64,000 bases of DNA from Octopus vulgaris (taxonomy: Eukaryota), in NCBI GenBank assembly GCA_951406725.2, contig OX597825.1, positions 70,122,001 to 70,186,000 on the forward strand, written 5' to 3'. This document shows positions 43,602-57,613 of this stretch, one piece after another; positions within the stretch are counted from its first letter, which is position 1, and every line of letters starts with the position of its first letter. Both the position numbers and the translations under genes were made by a program. The notes under the pieces were generated by a model. The model saw nothing but the letters and a program-made list of their open reading frames with translations. It did no database searches and was not told where the DNA came from.

Positions 43602-43712
43602 AGAGTTTACGAAAAAACAAAAGACGAAGACAGGTGGTGTACAAAACAAACAGATGTATTAGTATAGCGCTCAGGAATAGAAAAAGTCTTTTACGTTTCG
43701 AGCCTATGCTCT
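43598..43712 (-). mobile_element. family H copy truncated inside the hammerhead core
   Basis: Matches 8433 onward but stops at ...gagcctatgctctt|(TA)n, losing the CUGNNGA half. Confidence 0.65.
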
Positions 43713-43757
<45 letters not shown>

Positions 43758-44321
43758 ATATACACTCACATATACACACATACATACACACATACATACA
43801 CACATACATACACACATACACACGCACTACTAAAATGAACTCATCTGACGCATCATCGTCCGATACTATATCAGCTATCTGTTGTCTATTAAGTTACTAT
43901 CAACACTAAATGGCCTTATTAAATAACGATCGGCTGAGTAATTTTGGGGACAGTTTATCTAATGACGTCATACAAGCTTACTTCGTTCATTTGAGCCCAA
44001 GCGCAAATAGATCTAATTTTATAGTTCTCTTCCTACGCTCTCTCTCTTTCTCTCTCCCTCTCTCTCTTTCTCTCTTTCAAATACACACGCACACACGTAT
44101 GCAAACACGCGCGCGCACATGCAACATGTATATATATGGTGAGTTTCACTTCGTTTCTGCCCATCAAATCCACTCACTAGGGTTTGGTCAGCCAAGAGTT
44201 GTAGTGAAAGACCCTTGCCCAAGGTACCGCGTTGCGGAACACTGAACCCAAGACCACATGACTAGGAAACAAACTTCTTGACTGCACAGCCACGTGTGCA
44301 TCCATATACATATATATACAT

Positions 44322-44358
<37 letters not shown>

Positions 44359-44466
44359 CGTGCGTGCACATGTGTATGTGTATGTGCGTGTGCATGTGTG
44401 AGTGTACGAGTGCGTGGACACACGAAGGGAAAGGGCACTCAACACAACAGTAGTTGCATGTATTAT

Positions 44467-44645
44467 TTAAAATAGTTTGATTCGGTTCTGTGCTGCTTCA
44501 AGTATCGCAGGCTCCTGAAGGGTGCCCGATTCCTTCGGGTGTCTAAAATACCGAATCGGCATTCCAGAAGCCTGAAGAAGTCGGGCTTCCATCAGGGACC
44601 TGCGAAACTTGAAGCAGTCCGGAACCGAATCAAACAGTTTTAATT
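44467..44645. repeat. hairpin element, second copy at 48632-48817
   Basis: Arms of about 70 bp. The right arm carries cctgaagaag...ctgcgaaac. Confidence 0.85.
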
Positions 44646-44666
44646 TATATTTAATTTGCAATGGAT

Positions 44667-45300
44667 CACCAAAAAGAAGAATTACAAATGTCACTAAATG
44701 TGACTAGGGTTCTTAGGAAACACCTACATTGCTAGAAATAAGAGCTAAACTGCTGTAATGCTGTAGTTAACACAGATGAATGAAAATATATGCACTAACA
44801 GGGACCATAATTGTCCGAAAAATGCCGACTAAGAATTCTTAAGACTGACATTAGTTTTGGCAATTTCCGTTGCCCTCGTCAGTTAAGCCTGCTTGATGTT
44901 CAGCCATTTCTGGAACTGTTTCTCTATTAGCATGTATGCATTTGTTATCCAAATTAAAGGCTGATTTAGCATTTCGCTAATGTGTATGCACAAAATTAAT
45001 ATAAACAGCAGGTTATAATGTTTCACCAAAAAAGAGAATTACAATTGTCACTAAATGTGACTATGGTTCTTACGAAATACCTACATTGCTAGAAATAAGA
45101 GCTAAAATGCTCTAATGCTGTAGTTAATGCACATGAATGAAAACATATGCACTAACAGGAACCATAATCATCCGAATAGTGTCGATCGAGTCCCTGTTAG
45201 TGTATATTTTCATTGATGTGCGTTAACTACAGCATTAGAGCGATTTAGCTCTTATTTCTAGCAATGTATACCGTAGTCATATTTAGTGTTACAGTAATTT
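44667..45300. repeat. direct duplication (about 44667-44829 and about 45023-45186) followed by an inverted copy (about 45190-45300)
   Basis: The acattgctagaaataagagctaaa block occurs twice forward and once reversed. Confidence 0.87.
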
Positions 45301-45590
45301 CTTGGCATATCGCGGTTCACCTATCACGGTTTATTATCTAAACTTAGTCGATTCTTCTGTGGTGCTGTTTTGCATTTATAACAGAATTTTTATGATACAG
45401 AACTGTTAAACTTTCATAAAACTTTTAATGTTTATATTCTTTTACAATTTTGCAGTAGGTAGTAAGTGATGTCAATGTCCTTTCAAAGAAAAAAAAATTA
45501 GCTCCATCCTACGGTGTCCATATTTAAACAGACAATGACGAAATCGACGGGCAGACAGACAGACAGACAGACAGACAGACAGGTAGATAA

Positions 45591-45655
<65 letters not shown>

Positions 45656-45993
45656 CAGACAGACACACACACATACATACATACATACATACATACATAC
45701 ATACATACATACATTGCTCTCGGGTATATAATTTTAGCCCGCGTACGCACACACGCACACATACACACAAACAAACACACAAGTACACTCACATGTAAAC
45801 ATGAGATGTGTCAACATTGTGATTTCTGTCCAAATTTAGACTGACGTCCCATGATCTTTGTTTACAACCAGTTTTTTTATGGGAAACATATGTATATATG
45901 TACATATTAACACCTACCACCAACCTCCCCACACACACACACACACTCTCTCTCTCCCTCCTCATACATATGCACATACATATATTAGGTCAG

Positions 45994-46039
<46 letters not shown>

Positions 46040-46040
46040 G

Positions 46041-46107
<67 letters not shown>

Positions 46108-46304
46108 GTATATACATAAATATTTATACGCACAGTATATATAATATGTATATATATATATTATACATATATATATATACATTTATATATGTGTGTGTGT
46201 GTGTATCTATCTATCTATATATATATATGTATATGTATGTGCGTATGTATATTCATATATATATAATTTAATATATATATGCATATATATGCATATATAT
46301 ATAA

Positions 46305-46341
<37 letters not shown>

Positions 46342-46703
46342 CATACATACATACACGCATATACATATATTAACAGCTTTCAACAACTACTGCTTTTTCT
46401 CTCTCTTCTTCTTCCTCTCTCTCTCTTTCTCTCTTTCTCTCTCTTACTCTCGATATATATGTGTGTGTGTGTGAATGTGACTGTGTGTGTACACGCACAT
46501 ACAGAGGTGGAAATGAGATGCTATTGATATTAACACTGCCAAATCTCTAGGATTATAAATTTTAAAACCCAATAAAACATAAATCCGTCACCTTCCTTAT
46601 GAGCTCTTTTCGAGATATCATCACTTCACATCTCCCACTTTCTATTTCTTCACAACATAAATTCAAACCACTAAACTCGCCGCTGCCACCAACACCAAAA
46701 ACC

Positions 46704-46737
<34 letters not shown>

Positions 46738-47909
46738 CCATCATCATCATCTTCACCGTCACCCCCCACGATACTACTGAAATATATTCCGAAAACGACG
46801 AAGGAACTTCTAAGTGGTCGCGTGGTTTGCTAGAAATAGAAACCAAGTCTCCTTAAAATCGCAGAAAAGTAAAGCATTTCTCTAAGGTACTTATTATGCC
46901 TGAAGAAAAAGAATGGGAGTGTCATAGATGAAATTCTTTGATCGTAGATCTGTTTCTGTTTGTGGCCCCAGAAATAAACAACAAGCTACAAGTTGGTTTT
47001 AAACTAGAACATTAAGTCTTTTAAAATTAAATCTTAACAAAAGTCCATATTACCAAACCTTTCATTATCCATTTTATAACTACTTTCTTACAAACAAAAT
47101 ACAGAGAGCCTTCTTCATAAAAGCTCAACAGATTATCTGCAGGCATGTGATAAGTTCCAGTTCATGGAGGAAGCGCAATCATCCCAGAATTTATTTTGCA
47201 TTTCATACGATTAATCACTGCATGCCAGAATGCACTGTATGGTTTGCACAGGCGTTGCCTGGTATATGTATTTTCTACCATAATCTTGGAACGCCTTAAG
47301 ACTTAGAACTGGAAATCTTGGAGATGGAAACTGAGAAGAAGCCGATCAGTTAGACTGTATCCGTTTATGAGTGGTTGATTTAATCTGTCACCTATTTATC
47401 ACTGTTACCTGGTTCCAGACAGTCTTTAGTAAGCTCACACCGTTACAAATATTTGAAACAGAGTTTCTTGTCAGTGCAGGATACCTTCCGGCGCTTTACA
47501 TTCTAAGTACAAATAACCACCGAGGCTAACGTTGCCTTTCATCCTGTCGGGGGTCGATAAAATAAATTAAAGAACCAGACAAATACTAGAGTCGATAGCA
47601 TTTTCTAATCCCTTTTCCTCAAAATTACTGGCCAGATAGATATCCTTAGTCACATCGCTGAGGTGTTTGCAAATTTAAAAACAAAAGCGTATTCTACGCG
47701 TCCAAAGGCACAGTGTGCCGTTATATATATATGAAAGTTTAATTACACATTGCATGTTGTTTTATCTGTGAAACAGCTAGGCTGTTTTTTGAATCATCAG
47801 TGTTTTGGATGTAGCAGTTTACCTACGTGAAACATTTTGCAAGTTGCAAATTAAATTTTGAATATGTTTCTGAGTGAATACGGCAGCATATATACATACA
47901 TACATACAC

Positions 47910-47962
<53 letters not shown>

Positions 47963-48139
47963 TACATATGGATATATATATATATATACATATATATGAA
48001 TATGTATATATATATATATGTATACACGCACATATATAATCATATATAGATATACGTATATATATACCTATGCATGCTCTTACACACACATATATACACA
48101 CATGCATATATGTATAGATATATGCATATATATATATGA

Positions 48140-48186
<47 letters not shown>

Positions 48187-48227
48187 TATACAATGTATAT
48201 ATATATACATATATATATACACACACA

Positions 48228-48294
<67 letters not shown>

Positions 48295-48631
48295 GAGAGA
48301 GACAGACAGAGAGAGAGAGGCATACACATATTCCTTGAGATTGTCAAAACACACACACGTCGAAATAATGACTATTCTTATACGATACATACCACATCCT
48401 GAGCGAAACTTGTGTCACGCCCAAGCCACCCCGAGTGAATGTCCCCATTATAAACACATCACTGTAACTTCTTTCAGAGCATCTTTTTTTATCATCATGT
48501 ACAGGGATCAATTTATATCATAATATATGTGTGTGTCCATGAATCTGTCCCTACCACCGAATATACTGTGCGTATGTGTCAGTGTGTGTGTCTGTGTGTA
48601 ATAAATATGTACATTATATATATATATATAT

Positions 48632-48817
48632 TATTTAAAGCAGTTTGATTCCGTTTCGTGCTACTTAAAGTTTCGCAGACACGTAACGGGAGCTCGACTC
48701 CTTCAAGCTTCTGAAGTGCAGAATAGAAAGGAGCAGCAGCCTAGAGGAGTCGGGCTTCCGTTAGGAGCCTGTGAAACTTGACGTACCAAGGAGCCGAATT
48801 AAGCTGTTTATAAATAA
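48632..48817. repeat. diverged hairpin element homologous to 44467-44645
   Basis: Shares agtttgattc.gttt..., gagtcgggcttcc and cctg.gaaacttga. Confidence 0.75.
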
Positions 48818-48861
48818 ACGTGTTGTGTGCCCTTTCTTTCATTTGCCCACCCACTCGTATA

Positions 48862-48904
<43 letters not shown>

Positions 48905-49310
48905 TCTTTTCCTCTTTTACACATTTTAGTCATTTGACTGCAGCCATGCTGGGGCACCGCTTTTAGTCGAAGGAATTGACCTCAGAACTTATTCTTTGAA
49001 AGCCTAGTATCTATTTTATCGGAATATTTGGCCAAACCGCTAAGTTTTGAGGACAAAAAAGCACCAATATCGGTTGTCAAGCGATGGTTGGGGCAAACAC
49101 AGACACACAGATACACACAAACTCACAAACACACATATTTATATATATACACACGACGGGCTTCTTTCAGTTTCCATCAAACAAATCCACTCACAAGGCT
49201 TTTGTCGGCCCGAGGCTGAAGTAGAAGACACTTGCCCAAGGTGCCACGCAGTTGAATTGAACCCGGAAACATATGGTTGGGAAGTAAGCTTCTTACCACA
49301 CAACCACACC
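48905..49310 (-). mobile_element. SINE family A
   Basis: Reverse complement of family A. Further degenerate copies lie at about 3180, 5870, 20160, 22635, 31380, 41150, 42850, 44140, 50230 and 56895. Confidence 0.8.
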
Positions 49311-49314
49311 TATA

Positions 49315-49452
49315 TATTATTCTTAAACAAGAATTTTGCTGACAGTGACTTCGAAGTTACCGCCAGCTAAGCCATCACCGGCAGGCAGATGGTTGCTTAG
49401 TTGGCTGTAACTTTGATGCTATAGTCAACAACATCCTTGTTTAAGAATAATA
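49315..49452. repeat. hairpin
   Basis: ttattcttaaacaag...gttaccgccagctaagccatc / gatggttgcttagttggctgtaac...cttgtttaagaataa. Confidence 0.82.
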
Positions 49453-49565
49453 AATTTGTACTCTTCAACAGTAGAGTAACTCACAGGATTACTGTATAAT
49501 TGGCTTCACTATAACTCAATATATAAACAAACATCTAAAAACAAACATTTATATATATATATATG

Positions 49566-49605
<40 letters not shown>

Positions 49606-49662
49606 GGTATGTAATATATAGATATATATACATGTATCTATCTATCTATCTATCTATCTATC

Positions 49663-49770
<108 letters not shown>

Positions 49771-49853
49771 TTGTATGTATATATATGTATGTAGGTATAT
49801 ATATATATATATATATATACATATATATATGTATGTAATATATAGATATATAT

Positions 49854-49893
<40 letters not shown>

Positions 49894-49895
49894 TA

Positions 49896-49986
<91 letters not shown>

Positions 49987-50172
49987 CATACATACATATA
50001 TATGTGTGTGTGTGTATAAATAAAAACATTATTTCTAAATCTTCCAGAGAGATATTCAGTAACATTACTTTAAAGTAATGACTATATGCCAACATAATGT
50101 AGCCGTCCTTGATGGGACGAATGCTACTGTTGTTTAGCCCCGTGTGTGTGTGAGGGAGAGAAAGCTAAAGAG

Positions 50173-50211
<39 letters not shown>

Positions 50212-50474
50212 CTGTCTCTTCCTTTTTTCTATTTCACTTGTTTTAGCCATTGGATTGCGGCCATGCTGGGGCATCATCTTGAAATGTCTAGTCGATCAAA
50301 TCGCTCCCAGGCTTTATTTTTTTAAAGTCTGGTACTTATTCAATCGGTCTCCTTTGCCATACAGCTAAATTAATAGAATTTAAACCACGCCACACCGATT
50401 GTCAACCTATTGGTTGGGGAACAAACACAAACAAAAAAAGATATGTGTTTGTGTGTGTTTGCGTGTGTTTGTGT

Positions 50475-50537
<63 letters not shown>

Positions 50538-50814
50538 CACGTTCACAAAACAGGCTTCCACACAGTTTCCGTCAATCAAATTCAGTCATAATGCTTTGGG
50601 CGACCCGCGCTTATGGCAAAAGACACTTGCTCAAGATGCTCCGCAGTGGGATTGGCCACGAAACTGAAAAGTTGCAATCACACAACCATACTTGGCCATA
50701 ATGGAACGCCTTTGATCGTAAGTCTACTCAATCAGGGCTGACCTAGGACCAAACAACAGCATAACTTGTAGACAAGGATCTGGAGTAAAATAAAAAATAA
50801 AAAATAAAACTCAC

Positions 50815-50890
50815 CTATTGTTTTTCGTTCCCTGAACGACTTCTTTCTCGATTGCATTTTGGAGTTGTTTTTAACGCCTTTTTCACCCAT
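50815..50890 (-). CDS. MAP1LC3C: LC3C-like coding exon 1 (MGEK...SFRERKTI)
   Basis: ATG at 50890. Ends in phase 1 at a G|gtgagt donor. SFRERKT matches the LC3 N-terminal F-K-x-R-K/R motif. A second in-frame ATG (MQSRK) exists, and a possible upstream acceptor (ctttcag) lies at about 50941. Confidence 0.8.
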
Positions 50891-51438
50891 GTTGATCTGT
50901 TTACTGCTGTGTGTCAATGAGAACACTCAATGAAGTGGATCTGAAAGTGTTCGTGTTAAAGCGTTTTCAGGATGAACACAATTTGATCGCCAGGTGGCGT
51001 TTCGCTATTACATCTGATTCATTTATCTTCGTCACAAATATGGCGATAGTATTCTTAGGTTGTTTTTTTTTATCTAACTATTGGCTAGAGATAAGCATTA
51101 GTTTGTTCCCTCCTATCTAGAGATCATTGTGTGTGCGTTTATATGTGTGTGTGTGTGTATGTGGGTGTTTTTTGCGTGTTTATATGCCTGTATGTAGTTT
51201 ATATGCGTATGTGTGTTTGTATGTCTGTGTGTGTGTTTGTGTGTGTGAGCTAGTGTGTGTGTGTGTATGCGTGTGTGAGAGTGTGTGTGAGTGTATGTGT
51301 GCGCACATTGATTGTCAATATTCAGGACAAAGTATCTTTGTAATAGCTTGATTATTGCGGTTATAATTAATCAATTATTTATTTATTTATTGGTTTTTAT
51401 ATATATATATATATATGTGTGTATATATATATATATAA

Positions 51439-51480
<42 letters not shown>

Positions 51481-51491
51481 TACCATGAAGA

Positions 51492-51530
<39 letters not shown>

Positions 51531-52834
51531 CTTCATGGTAACATTGGGAGTGATTCAAACGGCGATGAGGACAGTCTGATTATTAATCTGTGGTTTGTGA
51601 ATCTTCAGGTCGGTTATTATGGGAAATTCTAGACGTCCTTGATCTAGCAAGGTGGTTGGCTGGCCTAGTCTGTTTGATCGCACTGGATCTGCCAGCAGCA
51701 GAACCGGTTCGAAATGCATGCACTGTGACGAAACTATCTGGTGCAAACCCGTTTAGTGTAGTATTGATATCGAACAGCTGTTATAACTTGCAGGATAAAT
51801 CCGGTCACTAACTAGATGTAACCTGAAGATCGGTCCATCGCATTCTTGTTTCGAGGAGGAGAGAATAGTTTTCTTCTATGGCGTGGTGGTTGCGATTGAA
51901 AGTTTCGAGAACAGCGCCTTTCCTCTAAGAGCAAACCCTCAGTATTTTTTTCAAGTACTACTTTTAGAAGAATGTGTGGGTTGAGGTGAGCGTGCTGCCT
52001 TACAGCAAAATTTATAAGAGAATTGGGGAAGTTTGGCTAGGTTAAATAAGAAGATTCTGAGTAACCGGACAGTTGCTTCCGTTTATTTCAGAGATCCTTT
52101 CTAGTTCTTGTCCTCATAAGCTTGCTTGCTCCGTTACACTGATGAATCATTTATAGAATAAATTCGCTTCTTGCACGATATTGCCAGAACACGACTAATG
52201 ATTACTAATCGAAGAACTTTATTGATCCTCTCAAATATACTATGAAATTTAGTTTAAGTTCAATCCTTAGCTATTCCGAAGGTATGCAAACTTAAATCAT
52301 AAAATATATAATCAGTCAACTGCCCTCACTCCCTAATATTACTGACCTTGTGCCAAAATTTAAAACTATTATTATTAATATTATCTTGATATTCCGCGGA
52401 GGTCGACTTTGCCTTTCATCCTTTCAGGGTCGATAAATTAAGTACCAGTTGCATACTGGTGTCGATGTAATCGACTGGCCCCCTTCCCCAAAAATTTCGG
52501 GCCTTCTGCCTAGAGTAGAAAAGAATATTATCTTGATATGATTTATCATATTGGTTTCAATGTTTGGCACAAGGCCAGCAGTTTCAGTGGAGGGATAAGT
52601 TGATTACATCGACTCCAGTGCTCAACTGGTGCTTATTTGATCGGCCCCGTAAAGATGAAAAGCAAAGACGACCTCGACGGAATTTGAACCCAGGACGTAA
52701 AGACGGACGAAATGCCACTAAGCATTTCGTCCGACGGGCTGTTTCTGCCAGCTCAACGCCTTCATATAACCTACTTTATTAAAATAATGTCTTATAACCA
52801 GGTCTGTAAGTGTTGTTGTTGTTGTTTTGTTTGT

Positions 52835-53132
52835 TCCTTCTCAAGCTACGCCTGGCTCATGAGGGCCGGTTTCCCGGTTTCCTTGGCGTATAGGTTCCCC
52901 ACCTGGATGGGTCGCCGGTCCGTCGCAGGTGACCTGCAAGATGCAGGAGGAAAGAGTGAGAGAAAGTTGTGGCGAAAGAGTCAGCAGAAGTTCGTCATTA
53001 CCTTCTGCCGGAGCCGCGTGGAGAGCTTATGTGTTTCGCTCATAAACACACACATCACCCGGTCTGAGATTCGAACCCGTGATCCCTCGACCGCGAGTCC
53101 GCTACTCTTACCGCTAGACCATGTGCCTCCAC
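52835..53132 (-). mobile_element. SINE family D variant
   Basis: Head matches 7352 and the fragment at 34665-34772. Confidence 0.75.
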
Positions 53133-53328
53133 GGTCTGTAAGAGTAGCACAGGTAATAATCCGTTGAGCAGTCATTAATTTAATTGATTAATGACCGGGT
53201 TCAATTCCTGCCAGTCACCTTCGAAATTGCATTTTCTTCTACTGTTGATCTACAGAAAATATTTATTATATTCAGTTCACTAAACTACAGCTGCTCCTGC
53301 ACACCATCTTTGTGTGTCTGGGTGTATA

Positions 53329-53724
53329 TCTATATATGTAAAGCTGAGGTTGTCTGTGTATGGCAGGTTTGGTAGCCTTCAACTAACACTATCTCCTGCG
53401 AGACCCTGCGGCGCAAGTTGACCAAAATTGAGAGTATGATAGAAGAAGGCTTGCTCTTCCTTCCGTAGAAGAAAAACTTCAGATCGGACCATGTTAACAC
53501 CAAAAATTATTTACATCAAAAAGGGTGCTTTTTTTTCTATGAAAATCCCTATTTTTTACGATTTTTTTTTGGACTGCCGTGTCGCCATTTTTCGGTGTAT
53601 TTCAACCAGAAAAATGTTCACTTAAAAAGAATAACAAGCTACATAATGCAAAATTTTTACTTTCCAAAAATTCCAGTTCTAAAGGGTCGAAACAAACCCG
53701 AGCAACACCGGGCGATACTGCTAG
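53329..53724 (+). mobile_element. non-autonomous Helitron, copy 2
   Basis: 5' A|TCTATATATG..., 3' cccgagcaacaccgggcgatactgCTAG|T. Shows TC/CTAG termini, a subterminal hairpin and an AT target site. Confidence 0.82.
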
Positions 53725-54194
53725 TTACATTATATAACAAAAATTTATACAGTCAAGATGCTACCAACTGACTTGGGTACACAAAGCCCCAAGCAGCGCA
53801 GTGAACAGAGACAACAACAGGATCTTTTACTTAGTATATAAAACCATTGTTTTATATTGTTATCTATTGTAATATACATGTTAATGTCTTTAGTGAAATT
53901 GCTCATAGTTTCTTGTTTGCTCTGAGTTCAAATCTCACCGGGGTCGATAATAGTACCAATCCCGTCCTTGGGTTTATATAATCGTTTAATCCCACCTTCT
54001 TGCAAAATTGGTGGCCTTGTGCTTAAATTAAAAACTATTAAGGTCGGTGAACTGGCAGAATCGTTGTGCATCGAATAAAATGTTGTGCAGTATTTTTCTG
54101 TGTTTTTTTTAAATTCTAAGTTCAAATCCCACAGATGTCAACTTCGCCTTTCATCCCTCTGGGGTTGATAAGATAAAATGCCACTCTATTACCA

Positions 54195-54792
54195 ATTTCT
54201 TTACTACCTACAAGGAACTAAACCTACAAGGGGACAAACAAGGACAGACAAACGGATTAAGTCGATTATATCGACCCCAGTGCGTAACTGGTACTTAATT
54301 TATCGATCCGAAAGGATGAAAGGCAAAGTTGACCTCGGCGGAATTTGAACTCAGAACGTAGCTGCATACGAAATACCTGTTTCTTTATTACCCACAAGGG
54401 GCTAAACATAGAGGGAACAAATAAGGACAGACAAACGGATTAAGTCGATTATATCGACCCCAGTGCGTAACTGGTGCTTAATTTATTGACCCCGAAAGGA
54501 TGAAAGGCAAAGTTGACCTCGGCGGAATTTGAACTCAGAACGTAGCTGCATACGAAATACCTGTTTCTTTATTACCCACAAGGGGCTAAACATAGAGGGA
54601 ACAAATAAGGACAGACAAACGGATTAAGTCGATTATATCGACCCCAGTGCGTAACTGGTGCTTAATTTATCGACCCCGAAAGGATGAAAGGCAAAGTCGA
54701 CCTCGGCGGGATTTGAAATCAGAACGTAACGGCAGACGAAATACCGTTAAACATTTCGCCCAGCATGCTAACGTTTCTGCCAGCTCGCCGCC
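54195..54792 (-). mobile_element. SINE family B tandem array (3 units)
   Basis: Three units; the second and third are nearly identical to each other. Confidence 0.87.
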
Positions 54793-55164
54793 TTATAACA
54801 CTCTATTGCCGGATTCGATAAAAATGACAAACCCATTCATCTCAAAACCATTGGCTCTGTACGTAAATCAGAAACTACAGAAAGCAGCAGGCTGGCAGAA
54901 TCGTTGGAGCATCGGAAGAAAAGCATCGCAGTATTTTTTCCAACTCATTATTCCTACCGTTCAAACCCTATCAAAGTTAACTTTGTCTTTCATCATTCTG
55001 GGGTCGATAAAATAAAAATACTAGTCAAGTATAGGAGTCAATGGAATCTATTAAACCCCCCCCCCTCAGATTTGTTGAAGTCAAATTCAGAAAGCATTAC
55101 TGCTACTACTATGGTTGTTGCTACTACAACTACTACTAATGTTATCATTATTATTGTTTATAGA

Positions 55165-55865
55165 AGGTGAGCTGGCAGAATCATTATCATGTCGCCGGAT
55201 GAAATGCTTCGCAGTATTTCGTCCGTCTCTACGTTCTGAGTTCAAATTCCACTGAGGTCGACTTTGCTTTTTATCCTTCCAGGGTCGATAAAATAAGTAC
55301 CAGTGAAACACTGGGGTTGATGTAATCAAATGTCAGGTCTTGTGCCTTCTGTAGAAAGGGTTATTATTGTTTATAGGAGGCGAGTTGGCAGAATCGCTAC
55401 CGTGCCGGGAAAATTGCTTAGCGGCATTTCGTCCGTCTTTGAGTTCTAAGTTCGAATACTGCCGGGATACACTTTACCTTTCATCTTTCCGAGGTTTATA
55501 AAATAAGTAGCAGTTGAGCAATGGGGTGAGTGTAGTCGACTTACCCTTCCCACAACACTGCTGGTCTTGTGCCCAAATTTGAAACCAAAATTATTATTGA
55601 GATTGTTATTATCATGATGATGATGATCATCATCATCATCATCGTTGTCGTCATCGGGGTGATAGATTGGCAGAATTGTTAGAGCGTCGAACAAACTGCT
55701 CTGCAGTAATAGTTCCGTCTTTTTTGCGTTCTGAATTCGAATCCGTACGTGCTAAGCCTTGCTTTTAATCCCTCCAGAGACGATGAAATAAAGTATGAGT
55801 CAAGTACTAAGGTCGATGTAATCGACAAACCCACTTCCCTTCAAAACTGTTGGCCTTGTGCTTAA
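55165..55865 (+). mobile_element. cluster of older SINE-B-related copies
   Basis: Heads at about 55165, 55377 and 55660 (g.gag.tggcagaat.g), each followed by a degenerate core. Confidence 0.6.
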
Positions 55866-55879
55866 ATCAAAAATCATTG

Positions 55880-55912
<33 letters not shown>

Positions 55913-56264
55913 TCAACATAATCCTTATTATCAACACCCTTTTTCTTATCATCATCAACATCATCATCATCATCGTCTTTTTTCTTTTGTTATTACATTT
56001 CATTATTTTCTGTCAAGGTCAGATTATATCTATAAAAACAAAACAAAACAACTAAGTTTAAAAGGTCAATACATTTAGCCCTAATTTTATGAGGGGTGGT
56101 ACGAGCTGGCTGTGCTATATAACTGGAAAAGGGGTGCTTAGGGGATGCTCTAATTTTTTTAAAAAGCTGTAATTTATGCTAATTATTATCTGTTTTTTTT
56201 CTTTTGTTTGTTTTCTTCAATATGTTGTTACATTGAAAATACATAAACAACTGAATAGTGTAAA

Positions 56265-56303
<39 letters not shown>

Positions 56304-57259
56304 ACGCTATGATAACAAGTGTGATTGATTACAAGTAATCCCTGGTCAGTATACTATTGGTAAATGCCGTCTTAATCACAAATCGGTAGCACAAGCCGGT
56401 CAGGCCCAGCGAGCTATAGCAGATATTTACCCTAGATGCCACGGAGAGGGATTGAACCCAGTACCGTATTTCGTGTGACGCTACGTTCTGAGCTCAAATT
56501 CCGCCGAGGTCGACTTTGCCTGTCACACTCTGTTCGAAAATCTCTCCGTCTCTCTCTCTCCCACCCTCTATTTAGTTATTTTGTCTTTGTCTGTTATCTC
56601 ATTTACTTTTTTAATAAGAGCTTTTAGCAACGTGTTTTCGAAATTGAAAGCAGTGAAAATTCGACTGAGTGTAAAATTGTTCCCACCTTTGAAGTACAGG
56701 TTCTTTTTTCCGTTCGTGCATACGTTATTGTGTTGGTAATAATCTGATGTAAAAAGTTGGTTAATTGAACAGTCGGTGGCGTCATTTATACTCTGCTATA
56801 AAATGAGATGGGTACTTGATCAGTAAAGGGTGTCCAATGCGGTAAAAGTATTGTCTCGTCAAAATACACCATTATCATTGCTATAATCGCTTTTTGTTCA
56901 CTTGTTTCAGGTCATAGGATTGCAGCCATACTGGGACACTGCTTTGAAGGGATTAGTGACACAAATCGATCCCAGTACGTATTTTCTTAAGCCTGGACCT
57001 ATTCTATTGGTTTCCTTCATGCCGAACCGCTAACTCACGGGGACATAAATAAACCAACACTGCTTGCCAAGCGGTAGTGAGAGACAAACACACACAAACT
57101 CACACACACACATTTACATACATAAATACATACATACATACATACATACATAAATACATACATACATACATACATACATACATACATACATACATACATA
57201 CATACATACATACATACATACATACATACATACATACATACATACATTTATCATATATA

Positions 57260-57499
57260 CAGAGTTGGCCAAAAGTCACCCGACAATAAATCAAAAGCCT
57301 ATAAATACTATCTGTAATTCTGTATTGACTTGAATGGATAAATGTGTCGCTCAAGAAGGATTTCAGTTTGTCAGTTTGAACATTTTTCATGATGTTTCAT
57401 ATTTAGATACCTTTATTGAATTCATTCAGTCATTAAACATAAATAAACCCTGGAATTGACTGGTTTTCATTTATCGTCAGATACTTTTGGCCAACACTG
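57260..57499. mobile_element. Tc1/mariner-type MITE
   Basis: Imperfect TIRs of about 35 bp (cagagttggccaaaagt... / ...acttttggccaacactg), with TA on both sides. Confidence 0.78.
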
Positions 57500-57550
57500 T
57501 ATATTATATATATATATATAAAATAATATGTTACAATTACTCAATAGTCA

Positions 57551-57613
57551 AGATAAAACTCTGAGTTTCAGATGCCGAAGTGGAAATCCACAACACCATC
57601 TCTTCGGTTATCT
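57551..57613 (-). ncRNA. hammerhead-like motif, left arm of the 1.7-kb palindrome
   Basis: Mirror copy of 59154-59216 (stem II base gatg/catc). Confidence 0.6.
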
